Shown here: piece after piece, positions 18,712-28,163 of the stretch
Layout of the letters: each line of letters starts with the position of its first letter
Position numbering within the stretch: the first letter of the stretch is position 1
NCBI GenBank assembly: GCA_963742705.1
Contig: CAVUMZ010000010.1
Coordinates: forward strand, 59,967-123,966
Reading direction: 5' to 3'
DNA length: 64,000 nucleotides
DNA from: an uncultured Solirubrobacterales bacterium
GTDB taxonomy: Bacteria > Actinomycetota > Thermoleophilia > Solirubrobacterales > Solirubrobacteraceae
Made by a program: the position numbers and the translations under genes
The notes under the pieces: model-generated
What the model was told of the DNA's origin: nothing
The model's database searches: none
The model's input: only the letters and a program-made list of their open reading frames with translations

Positions 18712-19563
18712 TCAGGCCTCGAGGAAGGCGACGACGCGGTCGATCAGGTCGGGCTGATCGAGCCACGGATAGTGGCCGGCGTCGGGCGCCCGGACGACCT
18801 CCGTCTCGCCGCCGAGCGCCGCGGCGTAGGCGTCGGCGAACTCCGCCGGGAAGTACGGGTCACGCTCGCCCCAGACGATCAGGGCCGGGGCCTCGATCTC
18901 CGCCAGGCGGGCACCAGCCTGGGCGAGCATGTCGGGCGGCGAGCGGCGGTGGAGCTTGATCGTCGCCCGCTGGGTCCCGTAGTCGAAGTGGTCGAGCACC
19001 GACTTGATGTGCTCCTCCGGCAGCGGGTTGACGTTGACCTCGCGGCCCAGCCGGCGCACCAGTCGCTCGCTCAACGCCCCCATCGCCAGCTCCCCGGCCC
19101 CCGGCCGGCGCCACGTCCGGGCGAGCCGGTGCCACCGGTAGCCGGGCAGCAGCGGCACGGCGTCGATCACGACGAGGCGGGCGATCCGCTCGGGGAAGCG
19201 CTGGGCGAAGGCCAGGGCGACCGCGCCGAAGTCGTGGACGACGAGGTTCAGCCGGTCGATCTGCTGGAGCTCGAGGAAGCGCTCGATGAAGCGGTCGTAG
19301 CCGCCGATGGTGTAGTCGAAGCTGTTCGGCTTGCCCGACCGGCCGAAGCCCGGCAGGTCCGGGGCGATGCCGCCGCCGAGCGCGAGGAACGGCGTCCAGT
19401 CGTCGGCGTTGGTCGGCGTTCCGTGGACGTAGAGCGTCGGCGGGCCGGCGGCGGTCGCGGCGCTGCGCCAGAAGATCGGCAGCCCGTCGATGTCGACCCG
19501 CTCGCCGTCGAAGCTGGCCGGGACCCCGTCGATCGCGGCGCGGTGTTCCTCGACGGCGGGCAT
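18712..19563 (-). CDS. Alpha/beta hydrolase (haloalkane dehalogenase / epoxide hydrolase-like)
   Basis: 283 aa. Motifs: LYVHGTPTN, PDLPGFGRS, an Asp nucleophile elbow VVHDFGA, and a C-terminal GHYPWLDQP. Confidence 0.85.
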   Translation of the reverse strand: MPAVEEHRAAIDGVPASFDGERVDIDGLPIFWRSAATAAGPPTLYVHGTPTNADDWTPFLALGGGIAPDLPGFGRSGKPNSFDYTIGGYDRFIERFLELQQIDRLNLVVHDFGAVALAFAQRFPERIARLVVIDAVPLLPGYRWHRLARTWRRPGAGELAMGALSERLVRRLGREVNVNPLPEEHIKSVLDHFDYGTQRATIKLHRRSPPDMLAQAGARLAEIEAPALIVWGERDPYFPAEFADAYAAALGGETEVVRAPDAGHYPWLDQPDLIDRVVAFLEA

Positions 19564-19585
19564 CAGACGCCCGAGAATACCTCGC

Positions 19586-20287
19586 GTGAAAGCCGCCCCG
19601 CCCCGACCGGCCGCCGCCGCCTGGACCCCGCCGAACCGCGCCCGGGTCCGCCGCGTCCGCGATCGCCTGCGCTCGCGCTACGGGATCCCGTCCGCTCCGC
19701 CGCACCGGCGCCCGGTCGACGAGCTGATCCTGACGGTGCTCAGCCAGAGCACGAACGACCGCAACCGCGACGTCGCCTTCCTGCGCCTGCGCGACCGGTT
19801 CCCCTCCTGGGAGGCCGTCCGCGATGCGCCGCTGGCCGAGGTCGAGGCGGCGATCCGGCCGGGCGGCATCTCGAAGGTCAAGTCGGCCCGCATCCAGGCG
19901 ATCCTCCGCGCCATCGGCGACCCGGTCGAGCTCGACTGGCTCGCCGACGCGCCGCTCGAGCGCTGCCGCGACTACCTCTGCGCGCTGCCCGGCGTCGGGC
20001 GCAAGACCGCCGCCTGCGTGCTGCTCTTCAGCTTCGGCCGCCGCGACGTCCCCGTCGACACCCACGTCTCGCGGGTCGCCACCCGCCTGGGGCTGCTGCG
20101 CCCGGGCGCGCCGTTCCCCGAGCTCCACGACGGCATGCTCGCCCTGACCGCCGCGGGTGCCGAGCTCGAGCTCCACGTCAACCTCCTGCGCCACGGCCGG
20201 CGCACCTGCCACGCCAGGTCGCCGGCGTGCTCGACGTGCGTGCTCGTGCGCATGTGCCCGGCGGTCGGGGTCACCGCCCGGACGTGA
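19586..20287 (+). CDS. nth: Endonuclease III (HhH-GPD DNA glycosylase/AP lyase with Fe-S cluster)
   Basis: Start taken at GTG 19586. It has LILTVLSQSTND, the HhH LPGVGRKTAACVLLF, VDTHV, and a C-terminal Cx6Cx2Cx5C (CHARSPACSTCVLVRMC). Confidence 0.85.
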   Translation: MKAAPPRPAAAAWTPPNRARVRRVRDRLRSRYGIPSAPPHRRPVDELILTVLSQSTNDRNRDVAFLRLRDRFPSWEAVRDAPLAEVEAAIRPGGISKVKSARIQAILRAIGDPVELDWLADAPLERCRDYLCALPGVGRKTAACVLLFSFGRRDVPVDTHVSRVATRLGLLRPGAPFPELHDGMLALTAAGAELELHVNLLRHGRRTCHARSPACSTCVLVRMCPAVGVTART

Positions 20288-20850
20288 CGGCGGGTCACGT
20301 CTTCGGCTACGGGTCGCTGCTCGCCGGAGCGAGTGGGGTCCCGTGCCGGCTGCGGGGCCACCGGCGGGCCTGGGACGTGGCGATGGACAACGCCGTCGAC
20401 CTGCCGGGCTACAAGTACTACGTCGACCCGGTCACGCGGGCGCGGCCGGCGGCGATGGTCACCTTCCTCAGCATCGCGCCCGACCCGGCGGGTCACGTCA
20501 ACGGGGTGGCCTTCCCGGTCGACGCGGCCGAGCTCGCCCGGCTCGACGCGCGCGAGCGCAACTACCGGCGGGCGGACGTACGCCGGCTCGTGTCGGCCCA
20601 GCTCGACGGGCCGGTCTGGGCCTTCGTCGGCCTGGACGCGGCGCGGCGGCGCTACGCGGCGGGGCGGGCGTCGGGCCGGGCGGTGATCAGCCGCGACTAC
20701 CACGACGCCGTGCTCGCCGGCTTCGCGGGCCTCGGGCCGGACGCGCTGGCGGAGTTCCGCCGGACGACGGCGGGCCCGGCGGTGCCGGTGGTCGACCTCA
20801 TCCGCCTGGCGGTCGATGACGACCATGCACGTCGCGCCGGACCGTCGTGA
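20284..20850 (+). CDS. Gamma-glutamylcyclotransferase-like (AIG2/GGCT fold) protein
   Basis: GTG 20284 overlaps the nth stop (GTGA). The N-terminus VFGYGSLL is the GGCT-family YGSL motif. About 188 aa, at the tail of ORF 18772..20850. Confidence 0.7.
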   Translation: MTAGHVFGYGSLLAGASGVPCRLRGHRRAWDVAMDNAVDLPGYKYYVDPVTRARPAAMVTFLSIAPDPAGHVNGVAFPVDAAELARLDARERNYRRADVRRLVSAQLDGPVWAFVGLDAARRRYAAGRASGRAVISRDYHDAVLAGFAGLGPDALAEFRRTTAGPAVPVVDLIRLAVDDDHARRAGPS

Positions 20851-21004
20851 CCAGCTCGCCGCTGGGGTGCGCCTGAACCTGCAGCGGTCCGCGGGCGAGC
20901 TTGTCGAGATACAGCCGGTCCTCGAGCCAGTCGGGGAGGCCCGGGCGCGCCGGACGTCGTAGGCCGCCACGCAGAGGCCGGGCTCGTTCCGCGAGCCGGG
21001 GATG

Positions 21005-21033
21005 TTGATTACTTCCCGCCGTTGCGATATCTT
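21005..21033 (+). promoter_or_regulatory. Sigma-70-like promoter candidate in the convergent intergenic gap
   Basis: TTGATT (21005-21010), a 17-nt spacer, then TATCTT (21028-21033), in a locally AT-richer patch. No convincing ORF lies downstream. Confidence 0.3.
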
Positions 21034-21224
21034 CTCCGCTCCGGTTTTCGGTGCCTGTCAGGCGTCGTGATCGAGATGTGTAGGACGGAAGTGGACGCAC
21101 GGCTCGCAACGCGGGCTGATCCGGCGCCGTACTTCTTCTCAAGGTGGGACTCGACGAGGAGAAACAAGGGCGCAGCAGGATCTGTCTTCAAGCCGCGCGC
21201 GGACGCCGCGGCCAACCAAGCGTG

Positions 21225-21341
21225 GCTCGGGGAGCCCTACCCTCTCCTTCCCCGAGCGCGAAACGGACGTCGACGCGCCCCCACGCCTCGACGGCCACCG
21301 CTCGCTGCGGTTCCGGAGGCCCGCCCGGCCCCGGAACCGCA
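21225..21341 (+). ncRNA. Candidate structured sRNA: three consecutive stem-loops with C-rich loops (6C-like)
   Basis: Hairpin 1: 21225-21233 pairs with 21249-21257 (9 bp), loop GCCCTACCCTCTCCT. Hairpin 2: 21268-21273 pairs with 21288-21293, plus 3 inner bp, loop CCCCCA. Hairpin 3: 21307-21316 pairs with 21331-21340 (10 bp), plus 4 inner bp, loop CGCCC. Strand is assigned only from the C-rich loops and the upstream promoter-like site. Confidence 0.25.
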
Positions 21342-21446
21342 CGAGCAACTTCTCAGCGCGGCTTTCGCGGCGTCATCCGGAGATCGGCGCGCGCGGGGCC
21401 CCGTGAACTTCAGCGCGGCCGCACGCAGCGGTCGGCGCGAGGCCGG

Positions 21447-22373
21447 TCAGGCGCCGACGCCGGCGGATTGCGGCCGCGGCGACGCGCTCGGCTTGGCGAG
21501 CTTGGCCTTCTGCTTGTCACGGTCGATCAGGACGACGTCCCAGGCCAGGCCGACCTTGGCGAAGATCTGGATCAGCCAGCCCGACGGATCGAGCTCGTAC
21601 CAGCGCAGGCCGTGACGGGCCGACCGCGGGAAGGCATGGTGGTTGTGGTGCCATGACTCGCCGAGCGTCGGCAGCGACAGCCAGAAGACGTTGGTCGAGA
21701 AGTCGTCGGTCTTGAAGCGCCGGGACCCGAAGAAGTGGCAGACCGAGTTGACGCTCCAGGTGACGTGGTGGATCAGGAAGATCCGCACCAGGCCACCCCA
21801 CAGCAGCGCCTCGAGGCCGCCCCGCAGCGTCCCGCTCCAGACGAGGCCGGCGACGAACGGGACGGCGAGCGTCGCGACGGTCAACTGGAGGAAGTGCCGG
21901 TGGATCCAGCGCAGGCTCGGATCATCGAGCAGATCCGGACAGTACCGGCGCTTCTGCGCCTGGCCGTTGGTCTCCCACAGCCAGCCGACGTGGGCGTGCC
22001 AGAGGCCGCGGATCATGCCGCCGACGCCCTTGCCCTGACCGGCATGCGGTGAGTGCGGGTCGCCCTCCTCGTCGGTGAACGCGTGGTGCTTGCGGTGGTC
22101 GGCGACCCAGTCGAGCACCGGGCCCTGGACGGCCAGCGAGCCCATAACGGCGAGCAGGTTGCGCAGTGGCTTGTACGTCTCGAATGCCCGGTGGGTCAGC
22201 ATGCGGTGGAACCCGATCGTCACGCCGAAGGCGCTGAAGACGTACATGAAGGCGAAGATCACGAGGTCCCGCGGGCGCAGCCAGTCGTTCCACGCGAGCG
22301 TCGCCGCGGCGATCAGCCCGAGGAAGGGGATGGTCACGGCGGCGATGTTGACGTTCCGTTCGGCTCTGGTCAT
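21447..22373 (-). CDS. Membrane fatty-acid (acyl-CoA/acyl-lipid) desaturase
   Basis: Start at MTRAERN (ATG 22373). The three His boxes are HRMLTH, HRKHH and HNHHAF, with four TM segments in the typical order. Confidence 0.9.
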   Translation of the reverse strand: MTRAERNVNIAAVTIPFLGLIAAATLAWNDWLRPRDLVIFAFMYVFSAFGVTIGFHRMLTHRAFETYKPLRNLLAVMGSLAVQGPVLDWVADHRKHHAFTDEEGDPHSPHAGQGKGVGGMIRGLWHAHVGWLWETNGQAQKRRYCPDLLDDPSLRWIHRHFLQLTVATLAVPFVAGLVWSGTLRGGLEALLWGGLVRIFLIHHVTWSVNSVCHFFGSRRFKTDDFSTNVFWLSLPTLGESWHHNHHAFPRSARHGLRWYELDPSGWLIQIFAKVGLAWDVVLIDRDKQKAKLAKPSASPRPQSAGVGA

Positions 22374-22407
22374 GTTGTGAAGCCTAGACGCACATTCACG
22401 TCGGTTC

Positions 22408-23643
22408 TTGGCACAATCTCCAATTGTGGAGAGCAGTTTTGGCAAAATCGAACAAGATCTCGCGTCGTCGCAGCCGTGGGAGGCGCTCGACCCCGGGCTC
22501 GCCGCGCTGCTGCTGCCCGAGCTGGCCGGGCTGGCCCAGGAGATCACGGCGGCCGTCGGCACCTACGTTCCCGAGTACCGCCGGGCGATGCACGGCGCCT
22601 TCGGCCGGACCGTGCGCACCGCGATCGAGGAGGCATTGCGCCAGTTCGTCGAGCAGATGGGCCGCCCGGCCCCTGGTCCGGCCGCCCGACCCGGGCGCAG
22701 CGTCTACGTCGAGCTCGGCCGCGGGGAGCTGCGCGCCGGCCGCGGCCTTGACGCCCTCCAGGCCGCCTACCGGCTCGGTGCCCGGATCGCCTGGCGGCGC
22801 CTGGCGAGCACAGCCGCCCGCGGCGGCGACATCGATCCCGAGCAGCTCACGCTCCTGGCCGAGTCGATCTTCGCCTACATCGACGAGCTGTCGGCCGAGT
22901 CGACCGAGGGCTACGCCAGCGAGCAGGCGGCCCGCGCCGGCGAGCGCCAGGGCCGCCGCCAGCACCTGATCCGCCTCCTCGTGGAGGGTGCCCCGTCCGA
23001 CGAGGTCGAGCAGGCGGCGGCGGCGGTCGGCTGGGAGCTCCCGCGCCGGCTCGCCGTGCTCGCCTGCGACTACTTCGACGCCGAGCGGCTCGCCGCCCGC
23101 GTCGGGCACGGGGCGGTCGCCGCGGCCATCGACGGCTGCAGCTGCCTGCTGCTGCCCGATCCCGACGCACCCGGTCGCCGCGACGCGCTGCTCGCGTCCC
23201 TGCGCCGAACGACCGCGGCGATCGGCCCGACGGTCGCGCCGTCCGACGCCCGCCGGAGCTTCGCCCGGGCCCGCGCCTGCCTGCGCCTACAGGCTGCCGG
23301 CACGCTGACGGGGTCGGGGCTGATCGTCGCCGGCGAGCAGCTCGCGGCGCTCATCCTCCACAACGACGAGACCCTCCTGGGCGAGCTTGCCGACCGTCGC
23401 CTGGCGCCGCTCGCCGAGCTCACGCCCGGCGCCGCCGAGCGGCTCCATGCGACCCTGCGCGAATGGCTGCGCTGGCAGGGCAGCGTGCCCGACGTCGCCG
23501 CCGCCCTGCACGTGCACCCGCAGACCGTCCGCTACCGTCTGACCCGCCTGCGCGAGCTGTTCGGTGCGGCGCTCGAGGATCCCGAGTCCCGCTTCGAGCT
23601 GATGCTCGCCACCCGGGCGCGGGTGTCCGAGCCCGTCGCCTGA
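22408..23643 (+). CDS. PucR-family transcriptional regulator
   Basis: The C-terminal [44 protein letters not shown] is the PucR C-terminal signature. Start is TTG 22408 or GTG 22426. Divergent from the desaturase gene. Confidence 0.8.
   Translation: MAQSPIVESSFGKIEQDLASSQPWEALDPGLAALLLPELAGLAQEITAAVGTYVPEYRRAMHGAFGRTVRTAIEEALRQFVEQMGRPAPGPAARPGRSVYVELGRGELRAGRGLDALQAAYRLGARIAWRRLASTAARGGDIDPEQLTLLAESIFAYIDELSAESTEGYASEQAARAGERQGRRQHLIRLLVEGAPSDEVEQAAAAVGWELPRRLAVLACDYFDAERLAARVGHGAVAAAIDGCSCLLLPDPDAPGRRDALLASLRRTTAAIGPTVAPSDARRSFARARACLRLQAAGTLTGSGLIVAGEQLAALILHNDETLLGELADRRLAPLAELTPGAAERLHATLREWLRWQGSVPDVAAALHVHPQTVRYRLTRLRELFGAALEDPESRFELMLATRARVSEPVA
22417..22432. promoter_or_regulatory. 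Inverted repeat in the desaturase/PucR divergent region (possible operator)
   Basis: TCTCCA-ATTG-TGGAGA. It is flanked by a direct repeat, TTGGCACAATC (22408) and TTGGCAAAATC (22439), in an AT-richer patch that overlaps both candidate PucR start codons. Confidence 0.25.
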
Positions 23644-23716
23644 GGCTCGGGGCGGGCCGCCCGGCCCCCCGCCCGGCGACCGACCCCCCGGCGTGCGCCC
23701 GACCGGCCGGCCAGGC

Positions 23717-23756
23717 TTGTGGACCTGGGCGAGATCTTCTATACTCAGACTCAGAT
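23717..23756 (+). promoter_or_regulatory. dnaK promoter (-35 TTGTGG, -10 TATACT) with flanking GATCT..AGAT inverted repeat
   Basis: TTGTGG (23717-22), 17 nt, TATACT (23740-45). GATCT (23733-37), N15, AGAT (23753-56). The same GATCTnCTATA..N..AGAT block occurs at the clpB promoter. SD AAGGAG at 23774-23779. Confidence 0.4.
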
Positions 23757-23789
23757 TTTTTCTCAAGGACAGTAAGGAGTCCGGACAAC

Positions 23790-25690
<1,901 letters not shown>

Positions 25691-25691
<1 letters not shown>

Positions 25692-26335
25692 TGGCCGACG
25701 AGCGCACCACCGCCGACGTGGCGCCGCCGACCGACGAGCCCACCGCCGCCACGCCCACCACCACCGACCAGCCACAGGCGCCGCCGCAGGACGCGGCGGC
25801 GCCGGGGGCCGGCGCTGCGGCGGAGCCGGCGCCGGAGCCCGTGAACATCGAGGACCTCCAGACCCGGGCGGCCGAGCGCGACGAGTATCTGGCGCTCGCC
25901 CAGCGCACGCGCGCCGATCTCGAGAACTACCGCAAGCGCGTGGTCCGCGACGCCGCGGCCGCCGAGGCGCGGGCCGTGGCGCGGCTCGTGCGCGAACTGC
26001 TGCCGGCGCTCGACAACCTCGAGCGAGCGCTCGCGGCCGCCGGCGCCGACGGCCAGGGCGGGCATCTGCTCGAGGGCATGCGGCTCGTCCGCGACGACCT
26101 CGGCGGCGCGCTCGCCCGCGCCGGCGTCGAGTCCTTCACCTCCCAGGGCGAGCGCTTCGACCCGGAGCTGCACGAGGCGATCGCCCAGCATGAGGTCGCC
26201 GGCGCCGTGCCGGGCACCGTGATCGAGGTCTACCAGGCCGGCTATCGCATGAACGGCACGCTGATCCGCCCGGCCCGCGTCGTCGTCGCCGCCGCGCCGG
26301 CCGCCGAGCCGACCCCGGACGACCGAGGGTCCTGA
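25691..26335 (+). CDS. grpE: Nucleotide exchange factor GrpE
   Basis: 214 aa. The ATG overlaps the dnaK TAA (TAATG). Motifs: DLENYRKR.., [11 protein letters not shown], and C-terminal [23 protein letters not shown]. Confidence 0.9.
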
Positions 26336-26336
26336 G

Positions 26337-27443
26337 ATGGCACGCAAGGACCTATACGGGGTGCTCGGCGTCGAGAAGAAGGCGACGCCGGACGAGATCA
26401 AGAAGGCCTACCGCAAGCTCGCCCGGCGCTACCACCCCGACCGCAACCCCGGCGACAAGCAGGCCGAGGAGCGCTTCAAGGAGATCTCCCAGGCTCACGA
26501 CGTGCTCGGCGACCCCGCCAAGCGGCGCGCCTACGACCGGGGGGAGGGGCCCTTCGCCGCGGCCGGGCCGGCCGGCTCGCCGTTCGGGGCCGGCGGCTTC
26601 GACGTCGGCGGGCTCGGCGACATCCTCTCCAATCTCTTCGGCGGCGCCGGGCCCGGCACCACCGGCGCGACGCGCGCCCGGACGGCGCCGCAGCGCGGTC
26701 GCGACCTCGAGGCGCAGATCCAGATCAGCTTCGATCAGGCCGTCAACGGTGCGCAGGTTCCGTTGACGGTGCCGACGCCCGAGCGCTGCGGCACCTGCTC
26801 GGGCACCGGCGCCCGGCCCGGCACGAGCGCCACCGTCTGCCCGCAGTGCCAGGGCCGCGGAATCGAGTCCCAGGGGCAGGGCATGTTCTCGATCTCGCAG
26901 CCCTGCTCCCGCTGCGGCGGCAGCGGCGCCGTGATCGAGGACCCGTGCCCGACCTGCCAGGGGTCGGGCGTCACGCGCACCGTCAAGCGCTTCCGCGTCA
27001 ACGTCCCCGCCGGCGTGCGCGACGGCAGCCGCATCCGGCTCGCCGGCAAAGGCGAGCCCGGGCAGCGCGGCGGTCCGCCCGGCGACCTCTACGTCGTGAC
27101 CCATGTCGACCCGTCCAGCGTCTTCACCCGCAAGGGCGAGAACATCGAGGTCGAGGTGCCGCTCAGCGTCGTCGAGGCCCTCCGCGGTGGCGAGATCGAG
27201 GTGCCCACCCTGCAGGGCCGCAAGACGCTCCGCGTGCCGGCCGGAACGCGCCACGGAACCGTCCAGCGCCTGCGCGGCGAAGGGCCGCCGCGGCTGGGCT
27301 CCGACGGACGCGGTGACATCCACTACCGTTTCGTCATCGACCTGCCCGACAAGCTCAACGCCGCGCAACAGGAGGCCGTCGACGCACTCTCGCAGGTGCT
27401 CAACGGCAACCCCCGGGCGCGGCTGTTCGACACGGTCGCATGA
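26337..27443 (+). CDS. dnaJ: Co-chaperone DnaJ (Hsp40)
   Basis: The J-domain has [16 protein letters not shown]. There is a G/F region and four CxxCxGxG zinc-finger repeats ([32 protein letters not shown]). Confidence 0.95.
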   Translation: MARKDLYGVLGVEKKATPDEIKKAYRKLARRYHPDRNPGDKQAEERFKEISQAHDVLGDPAKRRAYDRGEGPFAAAGPAGSPFGAGGFDVGGLGDILSNLFGGAGPGTTGATRARTAPQRGRDLEAQIQISFDQAVNGAQVPLTVPTPERCGTCSGTGARPGTSATVCPQCQGRGIESQGQGMFSISQPCSRCGGSGAVIEDPCPTCQGSGVTRTVKRFRVNVPAGVRDGSRIRLAGKGEPGQRGGPPGDLYVVTHVDPSSVFTRKGENIEVEVPLSVVEALRGGEIEVPTLQGRKTLRVPAGTRHGTVQRLRGEGPPRLGSDGRGDIHYRFVIDLPDKLNAAQQEAVDALSQVLNGNPRARLFDTVA

Positions 27444-27895
27444 CCCGCATCGAGGTCTCCTCCGATCGCGGTGTGTTCATGATCTCGATCGCCGCCGAGC
27501 TCGCCGAGATGCACCCGCAGACGCTGCGCATGTACGAGTCGCGCGGCCTGATCGAGCCGAAGCGCTCGCCGAAGGGGACCCGGCTCTACTCGCACGAGGA
27601 TGTCGAGCGGCTGCGGCGGATCCAGCAGATGACGGTCGAGCTCGGGCTCAACCTGGCCGGCGTCGAGCGGGTCCTGGCGCTCGAGACCGAGCTCGAGATC
27701 GCCCGGGCGCGGCTCGCCGACCTCGAACGCCAGGCGCTGGTGGCCAAGATCGCTATGGAGGAGGAGCTCGAGCGCGTCCGCCGGTCGATCGTCCGCTACG
27801 AGGTCGTCCCGTACGTCGGGTCGACCGAGATCGTTCGCAGCGCCGACGCCCGCTCGCCGTACAAGCCGCCGATTCGCCGACCGCCGAGTCAGTAG
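27440..27895 (+). CDS. hspR: MerR-family heat-shock repressor HspR
   Basis: ATGA overlap with dna[49 protein letters not shown] is the HspR/MerR HTH. The position after dnaJ is as in the actinobacterial dnaK operon. Confidence 0.9.
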   Translation: MTRIEVSSDRGVFMISIAAELAEMHPQTLRMYESRGLIEPKRSPKGTRLYSHEDVERLRRIQQMTVELGLNLAGVERVLALETELEIARARLADLERQALVAKIAMEEELERVRRSIVRYEVVPYVGSTEIVRSADARSPYKPPIRRPPSQ

Positions 27896-28163
27896 CCACC
27901 AGGAGCCGACGCAGCGCCACGGTCGACCGGCGAGGGTCAGCGGCGTTACCGACCGGCCGACGAACGGGCGCGCCGCGGCCGACGTCGGGGACGCAAGCGA
28001 CCCCCGCGTCGATGATGGACGCAATCGGCCGGGCCGCGGACGACTGGTATCGTTGGCGGGCGCCCAGGCTCGAGTTCATCCCCCGGTGGGGTCGATCGCC
28101 TGGCGCGGAAGTCGCGGCCGCCTGGGCCGCCCGACCCTGAGCCCTCGACGAGAGAGAACAAGC

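Noticed and set aside
20798-20990. Coding-looking stretch just past the GGCT-like stop. The minus strand reads ..PGLPDWLEDRLYLDKLARGPLQVQAHPSGELVTTV. The codon-aligned plus frame reads QLAAGVRLNLQRSAGELVEIQPVLEPV..
   Set aside because: Both strands show high GC at codon positions 1 and 3, so the strand cannot be decided. There is no start codon and an apparent frame change upstream near 20945. No family was recognised. It may be a decayed gene remnant but cannot be supported as a feature.
20851-21446. Tested the long gap for tmRNA, RNase P RNA or SRP RNA. GGGGATGTTGATT at about 20997 looked superficially like a tmRNA 5' end.
   Set aside because: There is no tRNA-like 3' end (no GGTTCGA..CCA), no GAGGAAAGTCCGG RNase P core and no SRP domain IV motif on either strand.
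22409-22426. TGGCAC at 22409, resembling a sigma-54 -24 element.
   Set aside because: There is no TTGC -12 element at the required 5-nt spacing, and no sigma-54 or enhancer-binding protein context. It is treated as part of the TTGGCAnAATC direct repeat.
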